A stretch of DNA of 64,000 nucleotides from Gemmatimonadales bacterium. Its GTDB lineage: Bacteria > Gemmatimonadota > Gemmatimonadetes > Gemmatimonadales > JACORV01. The notes under the pieces were generated by a model. It saw nothing but the letters and a program-made list of their open reading frames with translations. It was not told the origin of the DNA and did not search any database. Positions within the stretch are counted from its first letter, which is position 1. Each line of letters begins with the position of its first letter. A program made the translations under genes and the position numbers. The stretch lies in assembly GCA_035623395.1 (NCBI GenBank), contig DASPTN010000086.1, positions 22,786 through 86,785 of the forward strand, given 5' to 3'. Positions 1 to 8,542 of the stretch are shown here, piece by piece.

Positions 1-789
1 GCGCATCGGCACGTCCCGGTGCAGCGTCACCAGCTCCCGGGACAGCCGCGCCCGGTCGGCGTCCTGAACGAGCGCCTCCCGGACACGCTTCGACTCGACC
101 TCCGGCGCGTGGGCCAGGATCTCGTCCAGCGAGCCGTACCGCTCGAGCAGCTTCACCGCCGTCTTCTCGCCGACGCCGCGGATGCCGGGCACGTTGTCCG
201 CGGAGTCCCCAACCAGGGACAGGAAGTCCACCGTCTGCTCCGGCGGGACACCGAGCCGCTCCGTCGCGTTCTCCGTGGTCACCCGCTGCTCCTCGACCGC
301 GGCCGGACCTCCGCGGCCGGGGTTCAGGAGACCGACGTGCGGGCCGACCAGCTGGTAGAAGTCCTTGTCGCCCGACACGATCACCACGTCGAGGCCCGCC
401 GCCACCCCGCGGTCGGCGAGGGTCGCGATGACGTCGTCGGCCTCGTAGCCGTCGACCGTCACCAGCGGGACCCGGAAGGCCTCGAGCAGCGCCACGACTC
501 GCACGAGGGACCGGTCGAAGTCCTGCTGCAGCTCCGCGTCGAGCTTCTCACGCGTCGCCTTGTACTGCGGAAAGCGCACGTGGCGGAAGCTCGTGCCGGC
601 GTCGTGCACCCAGGCGACGTATTCCGGGCGGTGCTGCTCGGCGAGGCGGAGCAGGAAGTTCGCGATCCCCCATGCGACCGAGGTGTTCTCGCCCCGACTG
701 GTGGTGAGCGGCCGGGCGAGCATGGCGAAGAAGGCGCGGTAGATGAGCGCGTAGCCGTCGACCAGGAACAGGCGGGCGGGCTCGGTCAT
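1..789 (-). CDS. polA: DNA polymerase I, N-terminal 5'-3' exonuclease domain (partial; gene continues beyond window start)
   Basis: Absent from the ORF track because it runs off the edge. My reverse-strand translation from ATG (789-787) reads MTEPARLFLVDGYALIYRAFFAM and later GDSADNVPGIRGVGEKTAVKLLERYGSLDEIL. These are the nuclease N-terminus and H3TH motif of Pol I/FEN 5' nucleases. ORF 19..945(+) is its antisense shadow. Confidence 0.85.
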   Translation of the reverse strand, partial: MTEPARLFLVDGYALIYRAFFAMLARPLTTSRGENTSVAWGIANFLLRLAEQHRPEYVAWVHDAGTSFRHVRFPQYKATREKLDAELQQDFDRSLVRVVALLEAFRVPLVTVDGYEADDVIATLADRGVAAGLDVVIVSGDKDFYQLVGPHVGLLNPGRGGPAAVEEQRVTTENATERLGVPPEQTVDFLSLVGDSADNVPGIRGVGEKTAVKLLERYGSLDEILAHAPEVESKRVREALVQDADRARLSRELVTLHRDVPMR

Positions 790-811
790 CGGATCCCCGA
801 CGGGTCGACGA

Positions 812-1405
812 TCATCCCAGCCACCAGAGCACCGCGCCCACGCCCAGCGGGATGGCGACGTTGTCCGCGCCGTGCCACGGCGTCCGCTCGGTCACCGCCG
901 CGACGGCGGCGGCCAGGGCCGCCGGCGCCGCCCCCTCGCCGGTGAGCAGCAGCACCAGCGCCGCCGTCACCGTGCACGCGATCGAGCCGATCCAGGACTT
1001 CCTGGTGCCTCCGCCGAACCGGGAGCCGACCGCCGCCGCCATCGGGTCCGCGAGCGCCGCCACCAGTATTGCACGCTCCGCGGCGGCAGCCGGGAACAGC
1101 CACCAAGCCAGGGCGAAGCCCACCGCGAGCAGCGTTGCGCCGGTCACGCCGCGGGATTCGCCGGGTCGGAGCGCTCCGCCCGCGAGCCGCTCGAGCCGCG
1201 CGCCGAACGCCGGCCAATGGAACCGTGCCAGCTCGGCGGCGCCGGCGACCGCGACCAGCGTGACGAAGGCGGGCGTCGCGATCCCGGGCCCGAGCGACGC
1301 CGCCAGAGGACCCAGGGCGCCCGCGGCGACGTGGAGGGTGCGCCGACGAGTCTCGTTGGGGGCGATTCCGGTGCCCGCTTCCCGCTCCGCCGCGCCGGAA
1401 GCCAT
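812..1405 (-). CDS. polytopic membrane protein, dolichol/phytol kinase-like (cytidylyltransferase family)
   Basis: In-frame part of ORF 812..1552(-), starting at MASGAAE (ATG 1405-1403) just after the upstream stop at 1423. Several hydrophobic helices are present. The LADPMAAAVGSRFGGGTRKSWIGSIACTV segment resembles the conserved loop of CTP-dependent polyprenol kinases. Family assignment is by eye only. Confidence 0.5.
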   Translation of the reverse strand: MASGAAEREAGTGIAPNETRRRTLHVAAGALGPLAASLGPGIATPAFVTLVAVAGAAELARFHWPAFGARLERLAGGALRPGESRGVTGATLLAVGFALAWWLFPAAAAERAILVAALADPMAAAVGSRFGGGTRKSWIGSIACTVTAALVLLLTGEGAAPAALAAAVAAVTERTPWHGADNVAIPLGVGAVLWWLG

Positions 1406-1422
1406 CGCTCCCGGGAGCGGCG

Positions 1423-2826
1423 TCACCGGGCGCGACGCAGGCGGTTGACGACCCGGTCGAACTCCGAGCGCGACTCCGGGTCGAGCCGGAGCCGGCCGAA
1501 GCCGGCGTCGTCCACGAAGTAGAGGGCGAGGTTGTGCTGATCGTACGTCCACTCGATGATGCGGCCCCGTCCCCGATAGTCCGGGCGTGGATCGATGACC
1601 TGGTCCGGCGTGCCGAGCGTGATGTACACCTCGCCGCGATCGGTGAGCCAGCCGGGCGTCCCCTCGTCGCGGAACTGCTCGTTGGCGGCGAGCAGCCGGC
1701 CGAAGTAGCGATCGAGCGCCTCGTTCTCCGGCGTCGACGGGTCAGGATCCGTGTCGTGCAGGAACTTCCGCCACGCCGCGGCACGCTGCTCCGGGGGAGT
1801 CCGCGCCAGCGCCTTGAGCGTATCCGGCGTGGTGAAGTACCGGAGCAGCGACAGCATCTCGTCGAAGTTGGCGGCGATCCACTGGCCGGAGAACGCGACC
1901 AGGAACGTGGCCCTGGCGACGACGCCTCCGCCCGCGACGCCCACCTGCAGCTCGTGGCGCCCCAGGGCGAGGTGCGAGGGCGCCACGGCGAACACGAACG
2001 GCCGGAGCGTCGCGGTGCTGTCGATCCCCGTGGTGTCCGCCCACACCGGCTGCTCTGCACTGTCCAGCGCGGCGGCGACCAGCTGGCTGCCGGCCGGCAG
2101 CCCGTAGGTCTCGACGTAGAATCGCAGCGAGTCGGAGCCGTAATCCACGGTGCTGCGCGGATTGGTGACCATGTCGGGCGTCGCGGCGAGGTCGGTGCGC
2201 GGGGTGGCCCGGTAGACGGCGATGGGCGTGGCGATCGCCGGTGCCTCCAGCTGCGGGACGCTGAACGGTCCCTCGTACCGGCCCACGCCCGGGCCGTTCT
2301 GGTCGCGCACCACGATCGACAGGAGATACATGCCCGCCGGCACCGGGAAGAACCCCTGATAGATGATGCTCTCTTCCGCCCGCTGGGTCTCGGCGAAGGT
2401 CGCTACGACCACGCGCTCGTCGCGCACCACCTGTTGCACCATGAGCGTTCCCTGACGGAACGCCAGCTCGACCCGGTAGGTGGCCGCGAATCCGTCCGCG
2501 GCGCGCTGGAACGCCAGGTAACGGTTCTGCATCGACAGGCCGACCACGGCGAGCGCGGTGTCGGGGGTGCGACCTGCGAGCAGGCGCACGTTGCCGACGA
2601 AGCGGATCTGCCCCACGCCGGTGACGTACCCGAGCCTGCGGTACACGATGGACGGGTCGAACAGCGCGGCGACCTGCTCCGTCGCGGGCGCCCTGGGGGG
2701 CGGCGCTCCGACGCGCTGCCACGGCCCACACGCGGTCGCAGCCAGGAGCGCGGAGGCGAAGACGACGCGGCGGACGGCGCTGGACGTGGGTTCCTCGAAG
2801 CGACGGGGATTGACCTCTGCGGCCAA
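1423..2826 (-). CDS. GWxTD domain-containing lipoprotein
   Basis: ORF 1423..2826(-) with a TTG start. Lipobox-like N-terminus (VVFASALLAATACG). The C-terminus carries the eponymous motif GWLTDRGEVYITLGTPDQV followed by IIEWTY. The N-terminal two-thirds looks beta-rich. Confidence 0.8.
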   Translation of the reverse strand: MAAEVNPRRFEEPTSSAVRRVVFASALLAATACGPWQRVGAPPPRAPATEQVAALFDPSIVYRRLGYVTGVGQIRFVGNVRLLAGRTPDTALAVVGLSMQNRYLAFQRAADGFAATYRVELAFRQGTLMVQQVVRDERVVVATFAETQRAEESIIYQGFFPVPAGMYLLSIVVRDQNGPGVGRYEGPFSVPQLEAPAIATPIAVYRATPRTDLAATPDMVTNPRSTVDYGSDSLRFYVETYGLPAGSQLVAAALDSAEQPVWADTTGIDSTATLRPFVFAVAPSHLALGRHELQVGVAGGGVVARATFLVAFSGQWIAANFDEMLSLLRYFTTPDTLKALARTPPEQRAAAWRKFLHDTDPDPSTPENEALDRYFGRLLAANEQFRDEGTPGWLTDRGEVYITLGTPDQVIDPRPDYRGRGRIIEWTYDQHNLALYFVDDAGFGRLRLDPESRSEFDRVVNRLRRAR

Positions 2827-2914
2827 GCTACGGACGGCGGCCCGGCTCAGTCAAGGCGCCGTCGCGCCTTCACTTGCCGCGTCCGCGCGGACGACGTAAC
2901 ATTCGCGCGATCCC

Positions 2915-3826
2915 ATGCAGTCCGAAGACCTGACCGGCACCGTCGTCGCAGGCTACCAGCTGCTCGAGCGAGTGGGTGAGGGAGGCACGGCGACGGTGTA
3001 CCGTGCCCAGCACTCCACGCGCGGCGTGTGCGCGGTCAAGATCCTCCGCTCCAAGCTGCGCGCCGACCGCACGGCGGTTCAGCGCTTCCTCCGCGAAGCC
3101 GAGTACGGCGCCCGCGTGTCCCACCCGGCCGTCGTCCAGACCTACGAGTTCGGCGAGGCGCCCGGAGGCCTGCACTACCTCGCGCTCGAGTGGGCCGACG
3201 GCGAGCTCCTCGCCAAGTTCGTCCGGCGCTCCGGACCCGTGGCGCTTCCTCTCGCGGCCACGATCGTGCGCCACGTCGCCGACGGACTGGCCGCGGCCCA
3301 CGCGGCCGGGATCATCCACCGCGACCTGAAGCCCGAGAACATCATCTACGACCCGCGGACGCAGCGCGCCCGACTGCTCGACTTCGGCATCGCGCGCGAC
3401 GCGGACATGACGCCGGCCGAGCGGCTGACCCGGACCGGCTTCTTCGTGGGTACCCTGCAGTACGTGGCCCCCGAGGCCCTGTCGGGCGAGCTGGTGGGCG
3501 AGGCCGCCGACATCTACTCGCTCGCCACGATCACGTACTTCCTGCTGACCGCCCAGCTGCCCTACGTCGCCAAGTCGCCGCGTGAGCTCTTCCATCAGCT
3601 GCTGACGCAGCCGCCCATCCCGCTCGGACAGGCGCGCCGCGACCTGGTCTTTCCGCGTGCGGTCGAGGACGCCGTCATGAAGGGCCTCAGCCGCGAGCCC
3701 GCCAAGCGGCAGCCGACGGTCGGCGTCTTTGCCGACGAGTTCGCGGCCGCGGCCACCATGCCACTGGACGTGCCCCGCGCCGGACTGCTCGGCTCGATCA
3801 AGGGGCTGTTCGGGTCGCGCACCTGA
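2915..3826 (+). CDS. serine/threonine protein kinase (kinase domain only)
   Basis: ORF 2915..3826(+). Hanks-type motifs are present: GEGGTATVY...AVKIL (P-loop/Lys), HRDLKPENI (catalytic loop), DFGIAR (DFG) and APE. There is no obvious sensor or transmembrane domain. Confidence 0.85.
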   Translation: MQSEDLTGTVVAGYQLLERVGEGGTATVYRAQHSTRGVCAVKILRSKLRADRTAVQRFLREAEYGARVSHPAVVQTYEFGEAPGGLHYLALEWADGELLAKFVRRSGPVALPLAATIVRHVADGLAAAHAAGIIHRDLKPENIIYDPRTQRARLLDFGIARDADMTPAERLTRTGFFVGTLQYVAPEALSGELVGEAADIYSLATITYFLLTAQLPYVAKSPRELFHQLLTQPPIPLGQARRDLVFPRAVEDAVMKGLSREPAKRQPTVGVFADEFAAAATMPLDVPRAGLLGSIKGLFGSRT

Positions 3827-3830
3827 TCGC

Positions 3831-4400
3831 GTGACGGCGACCGGGCCGGACGCGCGGGCGCGCCTGCTGGCCCTGCTCAAGGCCCGCTCCGTCCTCCGTG
3901 GGGACTTCGTACTCGCTTCCGGACGCCGCTCTCCCTACTACATCGACTGCCGCCGGACGACGATGCACGCCGAGGGACTCGCGCTCGTGGGCGAGCTCGG
4001 CCTCGCCGCGATCCGGGCCGCGGGCTGGGACCCGCAGCTGGTCGGCGGGCTGACGCTCGGCGCCGACCCGGTGGCCTACGCCATCGCCCGCGCCACCGCG
4101 TTCACCGCGTCTCCCGTCCACGCCTTCACGGTGCGGAAGACGGTGAAGGACCACGGCGCCCGCAACCGCATCGAGGGATGCTTCGCGTCGGGTGCGAACG
4201 TCGTGATCGTCGAGGACGTCGTCACCTCCGGCTCCTCGGCCATCGAGGCGGCGACGGCGGTGCTCGAGGCCGGGGGAAGGGTGCGCGGCGTGCTCGCGGT
4301 GGTGGATCGCGAAGAGGGCGGCCGCGAGGCCGTCGAGCGCGCCGGCTACCCCGTGTTGGCCCTCTGCCGTCTGCGCGAGCTGCTCTCGGAAACGGACTGA
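3831..4400 (+). CDS. pyrE: orotate phosphoribosyltransferase
   Basis: In-frame GTG at 3831, five nt after the kinase stop, within ORF 3729..4400. PRPP-binding motif VVIVEDVVTSGSS is present and the N-terminus FVLASGRRSPYYIDC is typical of PyrE. Confidence 0.85.
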   Translation: MTATGPDARARLLALLKARSVLRGDFVLASGRRSPYYIDCRRTTMHAEGLALVGELGLAAIRAAGWDPQLVGGLTLGADPVAYAIARATAFTASPVHAFTVRKTVKDHGARNRIEGCFASGANVVIVEDVVTSGSSAIEAATAVLEAGGRVRGVLAVVDREEGGREAVERAGYPVLALCRLRELLSETD

Positions 4401-4453
4401 CCTCTCTCGGCGCCGCCCGGCGGCGCCGTGCCCCCCCCAGCGGGACCGGCGGC

Positions 4454-5311
4454 TCACGCCGGGCTTTGTCCGTGCTCCCCGGGCCGCGTTCCGAGAGGAT
4501 GGAACGCGAGCAGCCGATCCCGGTACGGGGTGACGAGGCGTTCCCGGAAGCGAGTCAAGGCGATGTCGAACGGCAGGCGCCGCCGGAACTCGCCCGCCGT
4601 CAGGCCGAGCAGCGCCCGGAGGTGTCGCCCGAAGCTCTGCGGCGAGGAGTACTCGAGCCGGTTCGCGATGTCCGCAATCGAGAGGCCGCCGTTGCGAAAC
4701 AGGTGCGCAGCGTGCAGCAGGCGCGCGTGCGCGAGGTAGGTCTTGGGCGACGGCAGGTCGGCCCGGTAGAACCGCGACATCAGCGAGCTCGGCACCACGC
4801 GCAGCGTCGCGGAGAGCCGCTTCACCGTCCTCAGCTCCGGCGCCCGCCGCACCACGACCTCGAAGAACAGGCGGCAGTCGGGCGGGACGCCGTCGAGGTC
4901 CCGGTCGACGGCCCCCATCACCCGCGCCGCCACCGGGGAACTGGGCTCGCGCAGCAGCTCGCGGAGCCGTCCCCAGCCGGCGGGCACCGACACGTCGACC
5001 ACGTCCCGCACGCCGGAGGCCCCGAGGCCGAGCACGCGGTGCGGGGCCTCCAGGTCGGGCCGCGAGATGAGGGCCACGGTCGGCACGTGGGGGAACTCGC
5101 GCACGAACTGCGCGACCCGCGGAAAGGCCGCATCGTCGCAGCGGTGGACCGAGAGGAAGACCGCGTCCACTCTGCGCCGGCGGACCTGCCTGATGGCGTC
5201 GTCGAGCGAGTCGCCGTGGACCGCCACGTAGCAGTCCTGGCCGGCCGCCTCGACGCGCGGCCGCTCGTCGGGCAGGAGCACGGTGGCAACGGTTGCGGCG
5301 GCGGCCGGCAT
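4454..5311 (-). CDS. AraC-family transcriptional regulator with N-terminal receiver-like domain
   Basis: ORF 4454..5311(-). The C-terminal HTH_AraC signature is LSIADIANRLEYSSPQSFGRHLRALLGLTAGEFRR. The N-terminal ~110 aa has a CheY-like alternating pattern (VLLPDE...VDAVFLSV...PTVALIS). Confidence 0.75.
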   Translation of the reverse strand: MPAAAATVATVLLPDERPRVEAAGQDCYVAVHGDSLDDAIRQVRRRRVDAVFLSVHRCDDAAFPRVAQFVREFPHVPTVALISRPDLEAPHRVLGLGASGVRDVVDVSVPAGWGRLRELLREPSSPVAARVMGAVDRDLDGVPPDCRLFFEVVVRRAPELRTVKRLSATLRVVPSSLMSRFYRADLPSPKTYLAHARLLHAAHLFRNGGLSIADIANRLEYSSPQSFGRHLRALLGLTAGEFRRRLPFDIALTRFRERLVTPYRDRLLAFHPLGTRPGEHGQSPA

Positions 5312-5394
5312 CGTCTTCCTCGGTCAGATGCGCGAGATACGCTACGCTCCACTGTCACCGCCTCGTCACCCAGATGCGCACACGTGCTTCGCGT

Positions 5395-5423
5395 TTGTCT
5401 CCCCTCGCGGCTGGCGGTATCTT
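5395..5423 (+). promoter_or_regulatory. sigma70-like promoter candidate for rnpB (TTGTCT-N17-TATCTT)
   Basis: Hexamers at 5395-5400 and 5418-5423 with a 17-nt spacer. The -10 element ends 5 nt before the predicted P1 5' end of the RNase P RNA. Confidence 0.4.
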
Positions 5424-5428
5424 GCGGT

Positions 5429-5791
5429 GCGGAGCGCAGCGGTCGCGGGCCCTCACGGGTCTGAGGAAAGTCCGAGCTCCACAGGGCAGGCTGCCAGGTA
5501 ACACCTGGGCGCCGCGAGGCGACGGCAAGGGCCACAGAAAAGACACCGCCCCGCCCTCGGGCGAGGTAAGGGTGAAAAGGTGGGGTAAGAGCCCACCGCG
5601 CGTCTGGCAACAGGCGTGGCACGGCAACCTCCAGCCGGAGCAAGGCCAAATAGGCGGCGAGGTCCGGCCCGGACCGACAGCGCCGGCAACGGCGAGCCGC
5701 GGGTAGGCCGCGCGAGGTGGCGGGCGACCGCCATCCCAGAGAGATGACCGCTCGGCCATTCGGCCGAACAGAACTCGGCTTACGGCTCCGC
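5429..5791 (+). ncRNA. rnpB: RNase P RNA, bacterial type A
   Basis: Universal motifs are present: GAGGAAAGTCCGAGC (5463-), AGGGTGAAAAGGTGGGGTAAGAGCCCACC and ACAGAACTCGGCTTAC (5769-). The P1 helix is GCGGAGC (5429-5435) paired with GCTCCGC (5785-5791). Ends are approximate to a few nt. Confidence 0.85.
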
Positions 5792-5905
5792 CGGCGGCGC
5801 CGCGAGCGCCCTTCGGGGAGGCTTGCGGCGCCGTCGCACGTTCCCCTCCATCGCAGCCACCGGCGCGCCGGACGACGGGGCGCCCGAACCTCAAAGGAGA
5901 AGTGC

Positions 5906-6757
5906 ATGAACCGCGTCCAGCTCCTGCTCATGGCCTCCGTGGTCGTCGCCGCCGGCTGCGCCCGCGGCGCCGCGCCGGCGCCCGCGCCGGCCCTCGCGTC
6001 CCCCGCCGCCGTGCGGGCGCCGACGCCGCTCCGCTACACGGCCGGCGCGGGACAGTACCGGTTCGAAGCCCAGACGCACGTCGAGCAGGAGATGATGGGT
6101 CAGACCAACGCGGCCGACGTCTCGGTCGCCGCGCGCTTCTCGACGGCGCTCGCGGACACCGCGGGCAACCTCGGCATCGCCGTCACCGTGGATTCCCTGT
6201 CGATCACGGCTTCGGCGGGACCCGGGCTGGACGCCTCGGCGCTCGCGGCGGCCCGCGGGAAGGTCGTGCGCCTCGTGTCCTCACCGGCGGGCCAGTCGAT
6301 CGTGGCTCCCAAGCCGGACAGCGCGGGCGACGCGCTGCTCGCGGTCGCGCAGGTGCTGCGCGACTTCCTGCCGGCGCTGCCGCCCACCGCCCCGACCGAC
6401 GGCATGACCTGGACCGACACCGTGACGACGGACCAGCCGAGCGGCGGGCTGTCGGTGAGCGTGCACGCCGTCCGGCAGCACCGCGTCGCCGGATGGGAAG
6501 ACCACGCGGGCACCCGGGCCCTGCACATCGCCAGCACGTCGGCGTACACGGTCACCGGCTCCGGTGAGACCGGGGGCCAGACCATCCAGATCGCCGGCGG
6601 AGGCCAGCGGAGCGAGGACGCCTTCGTGTCGGCGCAGGGCGTCTACCTCGGCAGGACGGTGAGCGACAGCTCGCTCATGAACGCGACTCTCGTGAGCGCC
6701 GGCATGGTGCTGCCGATCCGCAGCAAGTCGCACAGCACGCTCACGCGGCTCCCGTGA
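5906..6757 (+). CDS. hypothetical lipoprotein (beta-rich)
   Basis: ATG at 5906 preceded by AAAGGAGAAG, within ORF 5717..6757. The signal peptide plus lipobox is MNRVQLLLMASVVVAAGCA. No recognisable catalytic motif. Confidence 0.6.
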   Translation: MNRVQLLLMASVVVAAGCARGAAPAPAPALASPAAVRAPTPLRYTAGAGQYRFEAQTHVEQEMMGQTNAADVSVAARFSTALADTAGNLGIAVTVDSLSITASAGPGLDASALAAARGKVVRLVSSPAGQSIVAPKPDSAGDALLAVAQVLRDFLPALPPTAPTDGMTWTDTVTTDQPSGGLSVSVHAVRQHRVAGWEDHAGTRALHIASTSAYTVTGSGETGGQTIQIAGGGQRSEDAFVSAQGVYLGRTVSDSSLMNATLVSAGMVLPIRSKSHSTLTRLP

Positions 6758-7587
6758 CCGCACGGCGTGCGCTGGCGGCCGTCGGCGTCGTCGCGGGTTG
6801 GGCGACGCTCGCCGCGCCACGGACGGCTGCGCAGATCATTCCGGCGCAACCCGCCCGCTACCTGCTGACGACGGAGGCCTCCGACGCGCGGGCCCTGTGG
6901 GTGAATCCGGCGGCGCTGGCCCGGCTCCCGGAAGCCAGCATCGGCGCCGACGTGACGGGCGATCGCTTCTTCCCAGGCGGGCCGCAGCTGAGCCAGTACA
7001 GCCTCTCGCTGGCGGGGCGCGGCGTGGCGGCGAGCTGGGTCCACGAGCGGTTTCCGTCGAACCAGTCGCTCAACGCCTACGCGGTCGGGGCCGGCCTCGG
7101 CGACGAGCGGTTCTCCGCCGGGGTGACACGCCGCTGGTACCGCGGGGTCGTAGACGCGGGATCCTGGGACGTCGCCGCCCGCGTGAGCACGTTGGACGGA
7201 ACCCAGCTGTCACTCGTGACCAAGAACGTCGGATCACCTCGCCTGGGCGATTCCACGTACTGGGCCACGCTGGTGCCCGGTGCGCTCGTCTACCTGCTGC
7301 GCGGCGCCCTGCAGGTGGGCGGCGAATGGGAAGTGGCGCCGCACACCTGGCGCTCGATCGCGTATCGGGCGGGCGGCTCCGTCGCGCTGGGCAGCGGATT
7401 CGCGGTTTCCCTGCTCGCCGATCTCGGCCCCAGCTTCAAGCGCCGGGCGCTGGTGCTGGCGTTCAGCTTCGACGCCTCGCGCAGCCGGCTCGGCGCCTTC
7501 ACCCAGGCCTCCGGTGGCGCGGACGAGGTCGACGCGGTCGGCGTTTCGGGGGCCCTCGTGACCCGCGCACCGACTCCGCGCCGCTGA
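6754..7587 (+). CDS. putative outer-membrane beta-barrel protein (PorV/UPF0164-like N-terminal motif)
   Basis: ORF 6754..7587(+). Its GTG start overlaps the upstream stop (GTGA). Signal peptide ends ...LAAPRTAAQ. An ARALWVNPAALARL motif and an alternating beta-strand pattern follow. Family call is by eye. Confidence 0.55.
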   Translation: MTARRALAAVGVVAGWATLAAPRTAAQIIPAQPARYLLTTEASDARALWVNPAALARLPEASIGADVTGDRFFPGGPQLSQYSLSLAGRGVAASWVHERFPSNQSLNAYAVGAGLGDERFSAGVTRRWYRGVVDAGSWDVAARVSTLDGTQLSLVTKNVGSPRLGDSTYWATLVPGALVYLLRGALQVGGEWEVAPHTWRSIAYRAGGSVALGSGFAVSLLADLGPSFKRRALVLAFSFDASRSRLGAFTQASGGADEVDAVGVSGALVTRAPTPRR

Positions 7588-7591
7588 GGCG

Positions 7592-8542
7592 ATGGCGCGC
7601 ACGCTCCGCCGCCTCGCCGCCACGGCCCTGGCGGGAGCGGGCATCGGCGTCTTCTGGCTCGGCTTCGTCTGGCCTCCGCCCTCGTGGTGGCGGACGCACT
7701 GGCCGGCGGAGACCGCGTTCATGGCGATGCGCAGCCGGCAGATGCGCGCCGCGGGTCGGGCGCCGCCCCGGCGCTACCTCCCCGTCCCCGCCTCGTCCAT
7801 GACGGGCTGGCTGCCGCGGGCCGCGATGGCCGGCGAAGACGAGGCCTTCTACCTGCATCATGGCATCGACTACAGGGCGCTGCGCGAGGCGCTCGGGTAC
7901 CGGCGCACCTCGTTCTCCTGGCACAGGAATGGAGATCGCGCCGAGCTGTGGCGCGTGCTCGGGCAGTCGTGGAGCCGCCGCGCCAAGCTGCGCGGCGCCA
8001 GCACCATCACGCAGCAGCTGGCCAAGAATCTCTACCTCTCGCCGTCCCGCAATCCGCTGCGCAAGCTGAAGGAGGCGGTGATCGCCTACCGGCTCGAGTG
8101 GGCCCTGGACAAGGACCGGATCCTGGCGTTGTACCTGAACGTGGCGGAGCTCGGTCCGAACGTGTGGGGCGTCGAGGCCGCCAGCCGGCGCTACTTCGAC
8201 CGGGGGGCGGGACATCTCTCCATCGAGCAGGCCGCACTGCTGGTCGCGACTCTGCCGCACCCGCTCACGTCGAACCCGGCGTACCGGCCCGGCCGCACCG
8301 AGTCGCGGCAGCAGTTGATCCTGCTCAAGCTCGGTGGTGCCCCGGTCACGATCCCGCCGGAGGAGCAGGAGGACACGGTGCCGGTGCAGCTCACGCCGCC
8401 CGGGGGCGACACGGTTACCCGCCGCGACAGCGGTACCGGAGCGGGCGCGACCGCAAAGGACACGGCCGCCGTGCCACTCAAGTCGGACACGACGGCCGCC
8501 GATGCCAAGACCCCGGTGCCGGAGGGGTCGCCGCCCCGCTAG
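7592..8542 (+). CDS. mtgA: monofunctional peptidoglycan glycosyltransferase (GT51)
   Basis: ORF 7592..8542(+). GT51 motifs are EDEAFYLHHGID, RGASTITQQLAKNLYL and RKLKEAVIAYRLE. The C-terminal tail is low-complexity. Confidence 0.85.
   Translation: MARTLRRLAATALAGAGIGVFWLGFVWPPPSWWRTHWPAETAFMAMRSRQMRAAGRAPPRRYLPVPASSMTGWLPRAAMAGEDEAFYLHHGIDYRALREALGYRRTSFSWHRNGDRAELWRVLGQSWSRRAKLRGASTITQQLAKNLYLSPSRNPLRKLKEAVIAYRLEWALDKDRILALYLNVAELGPNVWGVEAASRRYFDRGAGHLSIEQAALLVATLPHPLTSNPAYRPGRTESRQQLILLKLGGAPVTIPPEEQEDTVPVQLTPPGGDTVTRRDSGTGAGATAKDTAAVPLKSDTTAADAKTPVPEGSPPR

Noticed and set aside
19-945. 308-aa plus-strand ORF at the window start.
   Set aside because: It is the antisense shadow of the polA 5'-3' exonuclease domain, whose reverse-strand translation shows unmistakable motifs.
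4409-4427. GGCGCCGCC-C-GGCGGCGCC inverted repeat between convergent pyrE and the AraC gene.
   Set aside because: It is a plausible bidirectional hairpin, but it has no U-tract and an essentially loop-less geometry. Noted only.
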